A stretch of DNA of 63,608 bases, counting the filler. It is 4 parts of 4 records of this genome, joined end to end, with 100 filler letters (N's around TTAATTAATTAA, not from the genome) between each part and the next. Parts side by side here need not be neighbours in the genome. Positions count along the whole stretch, not along the records: positions 21,360 to 51,027 come from SRR31156797_15828; 3 more parts are not named here. The stretch is one strand, 5' to 3'. The stretch's first letter is position 1; each line of letters starts with the position of its first letter. The notes under the pieces are model-generated. The model searched no databases. It was not told the origin of the DNA and saw nothing but the letters and a program-made list of their open reading frames with translations. Of this stretch, positions 27,115 to 37,818 are shown piece by piece. Both the position numbers and the translations under genes were made by a program.

Positions 27115-28134
27115 ATGCTGAAGAAAATAATGCATGCGAAGATGAAATTCATTGCTGCGGCCTTGGTCATCGGAGCGAGTTTCGGCATGGTCGTCAATGA
27201 CGCTGCCGCGGCTAAACATAACTGGCGGTTTGCCAATTTGTACGGTCGAGGTACAGCCTTTGGAGCACTCTATGAAGAGCTGGGCCAAAATATCACCAAG
27301 CTCTCAAACGGTGAAATTAAGGTGCAGGTTTTATATTCAGGAGAAGGTGTTGGAACGTCCGGACTACTGGGCGCGGCGAAGTCTGGCATGATTACCATGG
27401 TTGCACCATTTCAATCCATGCATGCCGGGGAATTCCCTGCAGGTATTGTTGAAATTGGTTTACCAGGCGACACTTCCAATCCAGAAGAACTGTATTCTCT
27501 TTTTCATGACAAAGGTTGGGCCCCGATTCTCACCGAAGCATACGGTGCATACGGGTTGGTATGGTTAGAACCATATATACAGCCAGCAGTCTATGTGCTG
27601 ACCAAAAAGCCCATTGAAACCATTGAAGACTTTAAGGGACTCAAAATACGTGCACCCGGAGCATACGGAAAGTTTCTCAGAAATCTGGGCGCATCTCCGG
27701 TTTCTTTGGCTTGGGGAGAAATTTATACAAGCCTGGCTACAGGTGTCATAGATGGCTCAATCGGTAGCAACATGATTGATCATCGAGATGGTAATCATGT
27801 TGAAGTTGCAAAATATATGTATCGCCTGCCGCTTGCAAGCGCCCAGGTTCTCCCCATACTTGTAAACAAGAAGGCCTGGGAAAAGCTCTCAGATGAGCTT
27901 AAAGCAGCAGTAATCGAAGCAACAGAATTACATGCAAAAGCCCAGCTTGAGCAATCAAGGAAATGGGAAGCAGAAGCAGTGGCTGAAATGGAAAGCAAAG
28001 GCTTGAAGTGGAGTCCCGCCCCTAGCGATGCAGATAAGGCTGCCTGGTCACAAGCTGCTGAAACACTTTGGCAGGAATATGCCGCTAGTGATAAATACAG
28101 CAAGCAACTCGTAGACATCCTGATGAAAAAATAG
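27115..28134 (+). CDS. dctP: TRAP transporter substrate-binding protein DctP
   Basis: Signal peptide; 'LSNGEIKVQV', 'EDFKGLKIRAPG', 'GASPVSLAWGEIYTSLATGVIDG', 'VNKKAWEKL'. AAGGAG RBS. Confidence 0.93.
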   Translation: MLKKIMHAKMKFIAAALVIGASFGMVVNDAAAAKHNWRFANLYGRGTAFGALYEELGQNITKLSNGEIKVQVLYSGEGVGTSGLLGAAKSGMITMVAPFQSMHAGEFPAGIVEIGLPGDTSNPEELYSLFHDKGWAPILTEAYGAYGLVWLEPYIQPAVYVLTKKPIETIEDFKGLKIRAPGAYGKFLRNLGASPVSLAWGEIYTSLATGVIDGSIGSNMIDHRDGNHVEVAKYMYRLPLASAQVLPILVNKKAWEKLSDELKAAVIEATELHAKAQLEQSRKWEAEAVAEMESKGLKWSPAPSDADKAAWSQAAETLWQEYAASDKYSKQLVDILMKK

Positions 28135-28170
28135 ACGCACCCTCCCTTTCAAATGATGCTGTCCAGGCAC

Positions 28171-28205
28171 GGCGAGGGAGGTCATATCCCATGGCCCCCC
28201 TCGTT
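28171..28205 (+). other. Intergenic stem-loop after dctP (mRNA stabiliser or partial terminator)
   Basis: GGCGAGGGAGGTCAT-ATCCC-ATGGCCCCCCTCGTT. Confidence 0.55.
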
Positions 28206-28227
28206 AATCCACTGTGTAGGTGTATTC

Positions 28228-28800
28228 ATGTTCGTTTCCATATTGCGCTGGTTTTGTCGAAAAGTCGACTTTATATCTAAATTAGCCGGTTACATCGCTT
28301 CTGCTCTTATGCCCATTCTGGCATTTATTGTTACATTTGAAGTTTTCTGCCGCTATTTCCTTAATCGGCCGTCTATCTGGGCATTTGATGTTTCCCTTTT
28401 TCTTTTCGGCTATGTAGCTATTTTGGGTGGCGCTTACGCCCAACAGAGAAGAGCGCATATCTCTGTTGATATCCTTTATAAAAAAGTCTCGCGAAATACT
28501 CGGTGTATATTTGACATACTTTCCTTCTCCGTAGCTATTTTCTTCCTTGTTTTGATGCTTTACCTCAGCCTGGATAAGCTCCAGGATGCCCTCCAGTTTC
28601 ATACTCGCAGACAAAGCGAATGGGCCCCCCCCATGCATCACTTCTGGATTATGACAATCATTGCCAGTGGTCTCTTTATCCTCCAGCTTGGAAAAGACAT
28701 TGTTACAAACCTCTATTACCTGGTTACCGGTAATGAGCTGACCCCAAAGCAAATAACTCAACAAAGCCATTCGAAAGTGGAGAAAAAAAATGGGAATTGA
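28228..28800 (+). CDS. dctQ: TRAP transporter small permease DctQ
   Basis: 'FEVFCRYFLNRPSIWAFD', 'LGGAYAQQRRAHISVDILY'. Confidence 0.92.
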   Translation: MFVSILRWFCRKVDFISKLAGYIASALMPILAFIVTFEVFCRYFLNRPSIWAFDVSLFLFGYVAILGGAYAQQRRAHISVDILYKKVSRNTRCIFDILSFSVAIFFLVLMLYLSLDKLQDALQFHTRRQSEWAPPMHHFWIMTIIASGLFILQLGKDIVTNLYYLVTGNELTPKQITQQSHSKVEKKNGN

Positions 28801-30112
28801 AGCTCTGACCGGGATACTGCTTTTTTGTATATTCATTTTCTTCGCGCTGGGGGCTCCGGTAGGCTTGGCCTTAGGCGGCATTGCAATGGGGGTTGGCTAT
28901 TTCACCTGGGGTGAGGCAGTTTTCAATGTCATCCCCACAACCATTGAATCAACGTATTTCAGTTTCATCCTCCTTGCGATTCCTCTCTATATTTACATGG
29001 GCCAGTTTTTCACCAAATCCGGCATTGGGGATGCGATGTTTGATGCAAGCCAGATGGTCATAGGCCGGATTAAAGGCTCATTGGCGATCAGTGTTATTCT
29101 TGTCTGCTCAATGATCGGTGCCATGGTGGGGATTATCGGTGCTGGAATAATGACATCCGGAAGCATTGCACTTCGACCGATGCTGGATAGAGGGTATGAT
29201 GAACGTCTTGCCCTTGGGGTTATCATGGCTGGTGGGGCTTTGGGTATTCTCATCCCTCCGAGCATTCCAATGATCATGTTTGCAGCAGCAACACATAACT
29301 CCATTGGCAAGATGTTTATCGGCGCACTTACGCCAGCTCTTTTAACAGTCACGCTCCTGATCACGTATGTGATTATCAGTTGTAAGCTAGATCCCAAGAA
29401 AGCGCCTGTCACCGAAGCCGATTCCAAAAATCAAAAACGGCCTCTGACCGAAAAGCTCTCAATTGCCAGAGACGGTTTTCTCACCATGCTCCTCATTGTT
29501 GCCGTGCTGGGTAGTATCATTACCGGAATAGCCACGCCGACCGAATCTGGAGCTATTGGTGTTGCTGGCGCGGTCATTTTGTCAATTATCTTTAAGCGCT
29601 TCAAGGTAAAGATGTTTGTCAGTGTAGGCCTGCAAACATCCATTCTTGTGAGTGTAGCAATGTGGATTATTTTCGGTGCTTCGGTTTTTAGCAACTTTCA
29701 TCTGCTTATGGGCGTACAGTCTATGGTTTCCAACTTTGCCCTCAATCTCGATCTACCGCCCATAATGATCATTATGATGTTCCAGGTTATCATGTTGCTG
29801 CTTGGTTTCATCATAGATGAATTTATCATCGTTCTCATGTGTGCGCCACTTTTCACACCAGTTGCAGTGTCCCTCGGCTACGACCCCATATGGTTTGGAG
29901 TGCTGATGATTCTCAACATCCTCATCGCTGTACAAACCCCACCCTATGGTTTTGCCCTGTTTTACCTTAAGGGAATTGCACCGCTCAATGTCGGGATGGC
30001 TACGATCTATCGATCTGTCATCCCCTTTATAATGGTTAACCTGGTCGTTTTGATCACCTGCATGATATTTCCACAGATTGTACTGTGGCTGCCAAATAAG
30101 GTCTTAGGATAG
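28790..30112 (+). CDS. dctM: TRAP transporter large permease DctM
   Basis: 'LLAIPLYIYMG', 'GGALGILIPPSI', 'GIATPTESGAIG', 'GYDPIWFGVL', 'TPPYGFALFYLKG'. Confidence 0.95.
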   Translation: MGIEALTGILLFCIFIFFALGAPVGLALGGIAMGVGYFTWGEAVFNVIPTTIESTYFSFILLAIPLYIYMGQFFTKSGIGDAMFDASQMVIGRIKGSLAISVILVCSMIGAMVGIIGAGIMTSGSIALRPMLDRGYDERLALGVIMAGGALGILIPPSIPMIMFAAATHNSIGKMFIGALTPALLTVTLLITYVIISCKLDPKKAPVTEADSKNQKRPLTEKLSIARDGFLTMLLIVAVLGSIITGIATPTESGAIGVAGAVILSIIFKRFKVKMFVSVGLQTSILVSVAMWIIFGASVFSNFHLLMGVQSMVSNFALNLDLPPIMIIMMFQVIMLLLGFIIDEFIIVLMCAPLFTPVAVSLGYDPIWFGVLMILNILIAVQTPPYGFALFYLKGIAPLNVGMATIYRSVIPFIMVNLVVLITCMIFPQIVLWLPNKVLG

Positions 30113-30145
30113 CCCAAACAGAGAATAGAACACTAAGGAATAAAA

Positions 30146-31456
30146 ATGAACTCAGCAAATAACAACGCCGAACTTCAAAAAATAAGAGACAAAGTTATTG
30201 CAAAAGGCAATGTCAGCGGTACCGCCTCCTACGTTTCCCATGCAAAGGGAGCTCTTATCACTGATATTGAAGGGCAGGAATATATTGACTTCGCCGGAGG
30301 TATTGCGGTGATGAATGTCGGCCATTCACATCCTAAGGTAGTCAAGGCCATCCAGGACCAGGCGGAAAAATTTACTCATACCTGTTTTATGGTCTCGCCA
30401 TATGAATCGCCTGTGCGGCTTGCGCAAAAACTATGTGACGCTGTTCCAGGGGATTCCCCCAAATCTGCTATGTTTGCGAACAGCGGCGCAGAGGCCGTTG
30501 AGAATGCAGTCAAAATTGCAAGGTACTACACCAAAAAACAGGGGATTATAGCTTTTGACAGCGCCTTCCACGGTCGAACGTTGATGTGCATGTCTCTTAC
30601 TTCCAAAATTAAGCCATATAAATTTGGTCTTGGGCCGTTTGCACCCGAAACATATCGAATGCCCTATGCAAACTGTTACCGTTGTCAGTTCAATAAAGAA
30701 TACCCTAGCTGCAACCTTGAATGCGCTGATCACCTGGAGCATGTTTTCATAAATACCGTATCGGCAGAAGAAACAGCCGCTATTATAGTAGAGCCTGTTC
30801 AAGGTGAAGGCGGTTTTATAGCCCCCCCCAAGGAATACTTTAAAAGACTCAAGAGCATTTGCGAAAAAAACAACGTGCTCTTCATCGCGGATGAAATCCA
30901 GACAGGCATAGGCCGAACAGGTCACATGTTCGCCATGGAGCATTATGGTGTTGAACCCGATATCACAACAACGGCAAAAAGCCTTGCAGCCGGTATGCCT
31001 TTAAGTGCTGTAGTTGGTAAAAAAGAAATTATGGATGCAGTACATCCGTCAGGCATTGGCGGCACATATGGAGGCAACCCCCTCTGCTGTGAAGCCGCCC
31101 TGGCAGTATTTGATATTTTTGAAACCGAGCACCTCCTAGATAAAGCGGTGAAGTTGGGGCAGACCCTGGAAAGCAGATTCGCAATACTGCAAAAACAATA
31201 CGACATAATCGGGGATGTGCGAGGCATCGGGCCGATGATCGCCCTTGAGTTAGTTAAGGATAAGGATGAAAAAACCCCAGCCCCTGATGAAACAAAAGCG
31301 TTGGTCAAGTATTGTTTCGACCATGGGTTACTCATCCTTGCATGCGGGACATACGGAAACATCATCAGATTCCTCATGCCTCTTGTCATTACGGACGAAC
31401 AACTCGATGCGGGTCTAAACATCCTTGAACAAGGATTTGCGGCTGTTTGTAAATAG
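30146..31456 (+). CDS. gabT: 4-aminobutyrate (or 5-aminovalerate) aminotransferase
   Basis: 'YIDFAGGIAVMNVGHSHP', 'FTHTCFMV.PYE', 'NSGAEAVENAVKIAR', 'FHGRT...LTSK..PYK.G.GPF', 'AKSLAAGMPLS', 'GGTYGGNP'. Confidence 0.93.
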   Translation: MNSANNNAELQKIRDKVIAKGNVSGTASYVSHAKGALITDIEGQEYIDFAGGIAVMNVGHSHPKVVKAIQDQAEKFTHTCFMVSPYESPVRLAQKLCDAVPGDSPKSAMFANSGAEAVENAVKIARYYTKKQGIIAFDSAFHGRTLMCMSLTSKIKPYKFGLGPFAPETYRMPYANCYRCQFNKEYPSCNLECADHLEHVFINTVSAEETAAIIVEPVQGEGGFIAPPKEYFKRLKSICEKNNVLFIADEIQTGIGRTGHMFAMEHYGVEPDITTTAKSLAAGMPLSAVVGKKEIMDAVHPSGIGGTYGGNPLCCEAALAVFDIFETEHLLDKAVKLGQTLESRFAILQKQYDIIGDVRGIGPMIALELVKDKDEKTPAPDETKALVKYCFDHGLLILACGTYGNIIRFLMPLVITDEQLDAGLNILEQGFAAVCK

Positions 31457-31778
31457 TACGCATTGTTTCTTCCCATAACGGCATGACCAGTTCCGGCTGT
31501 TTCAGCAGGCTGCCGGCACAGATCATGCTTTCATTTATGCGTCTTATTATTTTCATATTTTCGTTCAAGGATTGAGACAGCGCCTTAAAAAAGTTTGGAG
31601 ATGACAGAGACATGAAGCCCGATTAGGCACCATCAATGACTAGTGAAAAAGTTTCAATAAAAGCGCAGTCGAAGCTGTTGACTGAATACAGCTATGCATT
31701 ATCCAGGCATTGTGACAATTTCCTTTCTGCAATTTTTTATTTTTGTTTTTCCAATCAACGGTTTTCGAGGAGTTTGAA

Positions 31779-33242
31779 ATGTTGAATATAGACGACACAG
31801 GTCTGCTGAAAGGGCAGGCTTTTATAAATGGAGAGTGGGTTGATGCCGACAGTGGCGAAACCCTTGAAGTACATAACCCTGCGACAGGTGAACTGGTCGC
31901 AACCGTCGCTCAGGCAGGCACTGTTGAGACACGACGTGCAATTGAGGCTGCCCAAGAAGCCATGATTGGCTGGCGTGCAAAATCTGCAAAAGAACGCTCC
32001 AACTTGCTTCGCTGTTGGTTCAACCTGATGATGGAGCACCAAGAAGATTTGGCCATAATCCTTACGGCAGAAATGGGAAAACCCCTCGCTGAAGCAAGGG
32101 GTGAGATTGTTTATGGTGCAAACTATATCGAGTGGTTTGCAGAAGAGGCAAAGCGCGTCTATGGTGATACTATTCCAGGCCCGGATAGCAGCAAGCGACT
32201 GGTGTGTATTAAACAGCCAGTGGGTGTTGTCGCCTGTATTACCCCCTGGAACTTCCCCAACGCTATGCTGACACGTAAGGTTGCCCCGGCCCTTGCAGCC
32301 GGATGCACGGTTGTCTGTAAACCAGCAAGTGCGACACCACTATCTGCATTAGCAATCGCTGAATTGGCGAGCCGTGCTGGAATTCCCGCCGGAGTAATAA
32401 ATATTGTTACCGGCATAACCCGCGAGATTGGTGCAGAGCTCACCTCTAATCCTATTATCCGCAAATTGACTTTTACAGGCTCGACCCAGGTAGGCAAAAA
32501 GCTGATGGCAGAGTGCGCAGCTACAGTAAAAAAGACATCCATGGAACTGGGGGGAAATGCCCCGTTTATTGTTTTCAATGATGCTGACCTTGACGCTGCT
32601 GTACAAGGAGCCATGGTATCTAAATTTCGCAACGCAGGGCAGACATGTGTATGCAGTAATCGTATTCTAGTACAGAAAGATGTGTACGATGAATTTGCGC
32701 AAAAACTTGCTGCAGCAATGCAATCCAGCCTGGTTATCGGTAACGGCATGGACGAAGGTGTGACTACCGGCCCACTGATTGATCAAAAAGCAGCCAATGA
32801 TGTATTGGCCATGATAGATGAAGCCAGAGAAAAAGGCGCCGAAGTCCTGCTTGGTGGAGGGCAGCCCTCCCTTGGAGGATCATTTGTTCAGCCGACAATT
32901 CTCACTCAGGTCACTGATACCATGCGGGTGTGCAAGGAAGAAATATTCGGCCCAGTGGCACCACTCGTATCATTTGAGACAGAAGAGGAGGCCATTACTA
33001 TCAGCAACGATACCGAATGCGGTCTCGCAGCCTACTTTTACTCCCGTGACATTGGACGTGCTTGGCGGGTTAGCGAAGCTTTGGAATACGGCATCGTGGG
33101 TGTCAACGAAGGTGTGATTTCCAATGAAATGGCGCCGTTTGGTGGTATCAAGGAATCTGGAAACGGACGTGAAGGTTCCAAATATGGAATGGACGATTAT
33201 CTTGAGATCAAATATTTGTGTATGGGGGGTATTGATCGGTAA
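31779..33242 (+). CDS. gabD: Succinate-semialdehyde dehydrogenase (NAD(P)+)
   Basis: 'ITPWNFPNAMLTRK', 'FTGSTQVG', 'MELGGNAPF', 'KFRNAGQTCVC', 'EEIFGP', 'PFGGIKESG.GREGS'. GAGGAG RBS before ATG 31779. Confidence 0.94.
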   Translation: MLNIDDTGLLKGQAFINGEWVDADSGETLEVHNPATGELVATVAQAGTVETRRAIEAAQEAMIGWRAKSAKERSNLLRCWFNLMMEHQEDLAIILTAEMGKPLAEARGEIVYGANYIEWFAEEAKRVYGDTIPGPDSSKRLVCIKQPVGVVACITPWNFPNAMLTRKVAPALAAGCTVVCKPASATPLSALAIAELASRAGIPAGVINIVTGITREIGAELTSNPIIRKLTFTGSTQVGKKLMAECAATVKKTSMELGGNAPFIVFNDADLDAAVQGAMVSKFRNAGQTCVCSNRILVQKDVYDEFAQKLAAAMQSSLVIGNGMDEGVTTGPLIDQKAANDVLAMIDEAREKGAEVLLGGGQPSLGGSFVQPTILTQVTDTMRVCKEEIFGPVAPLVSFETEEEAITISNDTECGLAAYFYSRDIGRAWRVSEALEYGIVGVNEGVISNEMAPFGGIKESGNGREGSKYGMDDYLEIKYLCMGGIDR

Positions 33243-33248
33243 GATATA

Positions 33249-33296
33249 AACGACAGTGCGCTTTGACTAATTATTTCCTCCAGGCGCACTGTCGTT
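33249..33296 (+). terminator. Hairpin after gabD, putative terminator
   Basis: 13-bp perfect stem AACGACAGTGCGC / GCGCACTGTCGTT with a 22-nt loop; weak U tract. Confidence 0.5.
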
Positions 33297-33496
33297 CTAT
33301 GATCTTGCAACAAAAAAACGTTTTTCCAAGCAAGCCTTGGCTGATGTAACCTCTACAGGAAGACCAACTCCCTTTCTCCAAAGTGGACAGGAGTAAAGTA
33401 AACTTTATAAATAGCATAAATCAAAATACTGCTAATTCAAATATGAACCTACCTGTTGATTAATAGGAAAATCCTTAAAGGGATATATCAAGATAA

Positions 33497-35683
33497 CTAG
33501 ACATCTAAAATACGACTTATTTTGGTAGATAGCTCTGTCAGGTTATATGGTTTCTGAATAAAGTCATTGCAGCCTTTTTTGAGGATTGCTTCTGCCCACC
33601 CATCTATGGAATAACCGCTAGATAAAATAACTGGCAAATCAGGCGACAAACCTTTTATTTTGTCATAAGTCTTACTACCGTCCATCTGAGGCATGATCAT
33701 ATCGAGAATAACAAGATCAATTTGATCCATGTTATTCATTATACATGTGACGGCCTCCCTTCCTCCCTTGGCTACAATTACTTCAAACCCTAGCGCCTCT
33801 AATAATGCTTGCCCAACTTCGATGACCAGGTCCTCGTCGTCAACTAGTAACACCTTTCCTGATCCGTGAATAATTCGATCTTTACTTTCATCTATTGAAT
33901 CAGTTTCTTTTTTCGATAGCGGCAGAAATATTGTAAACACAGACCCCTTGCCTATTTCACTATACACTGCAATAAATCCTCCGTGATTCCTTATTATGCC
34001 GTATGCCGAAGCTAATCCAAGGCCAGTTCCTCGTTCTTTTTCTTTGGTCGTGAAGAATGGGTCAAAAACCTTTTGCTGGGTCTCCTCATCCATTCCATTT
34101 CCTGAATCGGTGATTGATATTTTAGCATACTGCCCTGGCTTTGCTTGATACGGTTCACAATCAACTACTTCTAGCGTTACAGGCGCAACTAGCAACTGTA
34201 GCTTTCCTCCGCCTGGCATTGCTTGCCAGGCATTTACATACATATTCAGCAAAACCTGTTCAATTTGTTTCTCGTCGACCTCTGCGATGACAGGAAAACC
34301 AGGGGTATTACAGCTAGTTTCAATTTCTTTTTTTGCTCTTCCAAGCATGGATAAAGTATTGTTGACTAAAATATTTAAATCAACCGGTTTTGGGTTGTAT
34401 TTTCCTCCTCGTGCTACACCAAGTAATTGAGAAGTAAGAGTTGTAGCACTCTGCACATAATTCTCTATTGCTTCAAGGTGTTCGATATTTTTATCAGAAG
34501 GTTGTGCGTTAGCGAGCATCAAGGATGTGCGCCCTGAAACTCCCATCATCAAGTTATTGAAATCATGAGCTATACCTGCCGCAAGCGTACCGATTGCCTC
34601 TAGTTTCTGATGCTCTCCAGCCCTGCGAATAAATTCCTCTTTTTCCTTTTCTGATTTTTTTTCTTGTTCAATATCAGAGAGAACTCCACGAACACCAATT
34701 AGGGTCTCCCCTTTCATGACAGGACGACTTGAAGATCTTACCCAATGAGGATTATTATCAGAGTCAAAAACCCTATAATCTAAGGGTTTTAAGATTCCAG
34801 AGGTAACACTATCATATGCTTCTAAGACTAGACCTAAATCATCTGGCCACACAAGTTGTGTAAATTTTTTACCAATCAGATTGTGGGGTTGATGACCTAA
34901 TATTGCAGTGGCTACCGGGCTGACGTAAGTAATTACCCCCTGAGAATCAAGCTCGAAAATCACATCGTTTATTTCTTCTATCAACTGCCGATAATTTTCC
35001 CGTGATTTATTCAATTCATTTGTTCGGTTCTCAACGAGTACCTCTAACTGCTCTTTGTGGGCAGAAAGCTCTTCAGAATATTTTTTAAGTTGCCTTCTAG
35101 ATTTTCTAATTTCTTTGTGTGACAAACTGATTCTACGTGCAAGTAGGTGTATAGCAGCAATATAGATAATCCCCATAACCCCTGAATAAATTATCGTTTT
35201 TTCCGGATCTAAGAGCAAAGCGAGGACAAGGGGTAATGAACTAGGAAGGGTAAAACATGAAAAAGCTGCTAAAGATGGCGCTAAAGTGAGAATGGAACCA
35301 CCAGTCATACCGCAGGTAATGGCAATTAAGTAAAACTTGTGTAAGTCTATAGATACACTACAAAGATAGAAGGAGGCAAATCCCCAAGACAACCCTTGAA
35401 GGGTTACCAAAAAAAGAATAACTCTGTAAATGACTAGATAGTTATCAAAAGAATAGGTATTTTTTTTATGCCAAATATATAGAAAAAAACGTAAAATCGA
35501 GCTTGCTACAATAAGCCAAAACCATGTGTGACTTTTTGATGGAATTGAGAAGTAGGTCAATAGAGAGATAATAAAATTTACTATTGCAGCCGTTCCAGAA
35601 CTCTCTAACAACAATAATGCCTGTTCCTTTATGTCTACCACATTCTCAGGCTGAACACTCTCCACTGATTCCGAATCAGGCAT
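33497..35683 (-). CDS. Hybrid sensor histidine kinase (TM, PAS, HisKA, HATPase, REC)
   Basis: 'KLEAIGTLAAGIAHDFNN', 'QVLLNMYVNAWQAMP', 'FDPFFTTK..GTGLGL', C-terminal REC 'VLLVDDE..LDMIMP'. Confidence 0.95.
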   Translation of the reverse strand: MPDSESVESVQPENVVDIKEQALLLLESSGTAAIVNFIISLLTYFSIPSKSHTWFWLIVASSILRFFLYIWHKKNTYSFDNYLVIYRVILFLVTLQGLSWGFASFYLCSVSIDLHKFYLIAITCGMTGGSILTLAPSLAAFSCFTLPSSLPLVLALLLDPEKTIIYSGVMGIIYIAAIHLLARRISLSHKEIRKSRRQLKKYSEELSAHKEQLEVLVENRTNELNKSRENYRQLIEEINDVIFELDSQGVITYVSPVATAILGHQPHNLIGKKFTQLVWPDDLGLVLEAYDSVTSGILKPLDYRVFDSDNNPHWVRSSSRPVMKGETLIGVRGVLSDIEQEKKSEKEKEEFIRRAGEHQKLEAIGTLAAGIAHDFNNLMMGVSGRTSLMLANAQPSDKNIEHLEAIENYVQSATTLTSQLLGVARGGKYNPKPVDLNILVNNTLSMLGRAKKEIETSCNTPGFPVIAEVDEKQIEQVLLNMYVNAWQAMPGGGKLQLLVAPVTLEVVDCEPYQAKPGQYAKISITDSGNGMDEETQQKVFDPFFTTKEKERGTGLGLASAYGIIRNHGGFIAVYSEIGKGSVFTIFLPLSKKETDSIDESKDRIIHGSGKVLLVDDEDLVIEVGQALLEALGFEVIVAKGGREAVTCIMNNMDQIDLVILDMIMPQMDGSKTYDKIKGLSPDLPVILSSGYSIDGWAEAILKKGCNDFIQKPYNLTELSTKISRILDV

Positions 35684-35911
35684 TTTCCATCCTTCTCTTA
35701 TAATAGAAAAAATTTCATCATTGGTATTTAGGGCAGTCTAGACAGCAATATTCAGGAATGAATATCGTATGTACCTGCTGAATAACGCTAAATTGACATG
35801 CTGCAACATCGTTAGGAAATAATATCACTGGGTTTGTACCTGCTCAACAATACTGTTGAGTTTTCCATACGACTTCCCCCTCTTAAAAGGGGGAAACCCT
35901 ACTTTCCAAAG

Positions 35912-37561
35912 TTAAACCCCATCCTGGTTATGAGACATAATTTTTCGATAGGAGAGTAAATCATCATGCATTTTTTTAAAAACACGGTGCTTTTGCAAAT
36001 GATACTCTTTCACATCCCCGCCTGAAGGGTAAACTACTTTTCCTGATCGCGTCATAGCGGCCATTGCTTCAAATATATTTGGATAGAGATCAGCTGCTAC
36101 AGACCCCAAAACTGCGGAACCAAGAAGAACAGCTTCACTCTGTTCAGCTAACACGATTGGACACCCAAGGATATCGGCATGTTCACGAAGAAACACACTG
36201 TTTTTGGTGTCGCCTCCACAAGCAAGAACTGTATTGAGTTTATACCCTTGAGCATTCATATTATCAACAATGTGCTTGGTTCCATGGGCAATAGCCTGAA
36301 TTGCTGCCAAATACGTTTTAGCAAGGTCATCGACTGAAGAGGTAAGAGAGAGTCCTGCAATTATCCCACGTAAGGAAGGGTCGGCCCGAGGAGACCGATT
36401 GCCATGAAAGTAAGGTAAAACATGACGATCCGAGGTAATGGCTGCCGGAAACGGTTCCTTTTCAGCCAGTTTATCGAGATGCTGATTTAGGACATCATAG
36501 ACCGTGACACCTTGTGTTTGAGCCACCTCTTTCACTTTTGCTCCTAAAGAGTGTGTATCAATGACATGATCTATCAAGGCCCCTGTTGCTGACTGTCCCC
36601 CCTCGTTTAACCACAGGTCAGGAATCATAGCTGAAAAATATGGACCCCAAATCCCTGGAATAAATCTAGCGTCTTTCGAAACAGCCATATGACAGCTGGA
36701 GGTTCCACAGATAAGAGCCAACCTTGATTCCAAACCTAGCCTGGTTGGAGCTACTCCGTCTACAGATGAGCCAATAATACCAATCGCTCCGGCGTGGGCA
36801 TCGATAATTGACGCAGCAACAAGAGTTCCTGGAACTAAGCCTAACTCCTTTGCCGCTCTATCACTGAGCCCTTGACGAAGAGGCTCCCCTATATCATTTA
36901 CCTGGTGACCAATTCTTACAAAATTTTCAGCAACAAGATCTTCCAAGCCGATCAGATCAAAAAATGATTCATCCCATTTTCCTTTATGTCCAAGATAGGT
37001 CCATTTACATACAGTTGAGCAAAGAGATCGGGAAAACGAGCCTGTAGCACGCCAGGTAAGGAAGTCTGGAAGGTCAAAAAAATGGGCCGCACGCTTCCAT
37101 GTAGCCGGCATATTTTCTTTTAACCAAAGAAGCTTTGGTGTTTCCATCTCGGGCGAGATTGTATCGCCAACATAACTTAAAACCTCATGCTTAGTTGCAT
37201 TGATTCTATTAGCTTGTTCTTTGGCCCTATGATCCATCCATACAATGACATTTCGCTCACTGTTTGCACTAGGGCTCACGGTAAGAGGCTGTTCTTTTTC
37301 ATCAAGCACCACTAAGGAACATGTTGCATCAAAACCCAATCCTTTTACTGTATCAGCGGTAACACCTGCTTCTGCCATTGCGTGTCTCACTGCATGGCAT
37401 ACCGCCTTCCATATATCCTCAGAGGACTGTTCAACAATATCTGTCTCTTCCCGCCAGATCCTGATCTGCCGGGTTGCTGTTCCCAGCATATTCCCGTTGA
37501 TGTCAAAAATACCTGCCCGTGCACTCCCGGTTCCGACATCAATGCCAATTACTGTATCCAT
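35912..37561 (-). CDS. FGGY-family pentulose kinase (D-ribulokinase-like)
   Basis: '[13 protein letters not shown]', 'GFDATCSLV', 'WMDHRA', '[13 protein letters not shown]', 'SLCSTVCKW', 'IDAHAG', 'ICGTSSCHM', '[10 protein letters not shown]'. Start moved to MDTVIG. Confidence 0.92.
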   Translation of the reverse strand: MDTVIGIDVGTGSARAGIFDINGNMLGTATRQIRIWREETDIVEQSSEDIWKAVCHAVRHAMAEAGVTADTVKGLGFDATCSLVVLDEKEQPLTVSPSANSERNVIVWMDHRAKEQANRINATKHEVLSYVGDTISPEMETPKLLWLKENMPATWKRAAHFFDLPDFLTWRATGSFSRSLCSTVCKWTYLGHKGKWDESFFDLIGLEDLVAENFVRIGHQVNDIGEPLRQGLSDRAAKELGLVPGTLVAASIIDAHAGAIGIIGSSVDGVAPTRLGLESRLALICGTSSCHMAVSKDARFIPGIWGPYFSAMIPDLWLNEGGQSATGALIDHVIDTHSLGAKVKEVAQTQGVTVYDVLNQHLDKLAEKEPFPAAITSDRHVLPYFHGNRSPRADPSLRGIIAGLSLTSSVDDLAKTYLAAIQAIAHGTKHIVDNMNAQGYKLNTVLACGGDTKNSVFLREHADILGCPIVLAEQSEAVLLGSAVLGSVAADLYPNIFEAMAAMTRSGKVVYPSGGDVKEYHLQKHRVFKKMHDDLLSYRKIMSHNQDGV

Positions 37562-37780
37562 AGCAGCATGCACCTTGTTATTTTTTATATAAAATAAGTA
37601 CCTTAAGCGCTTTTCCCTCCAAGAGTTGTCATTGGTAACCAACTCCTTTCCTTAAGTAAACTTAAAGCCTAATTTCAATTATTAATTTGTTCAAGCTAAA
37701 GCGAGCTACCATTTAACACCTCGCAAATATCACTTGAAAAAACTTGACGGGAAAAACGATTCATGTTCCCTTGCACATAA

Positions 37781-37818
37781 TGTTAATATTGTCACATAAT
37801 GGTGTTAAGTTTGTCACA
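37781..37818. promoter_or_regulatory. Two DeoR-like 16-bp operator sites
   Basis: TGTTAATATTGTCACA (37781-37796) and TGTTAAGTTTGTCACA (37803-37818), 22 bp apart. Both resemble the E. coli DeoR operator TGTTAGAATTCTAACA. Confidence 0.65.
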
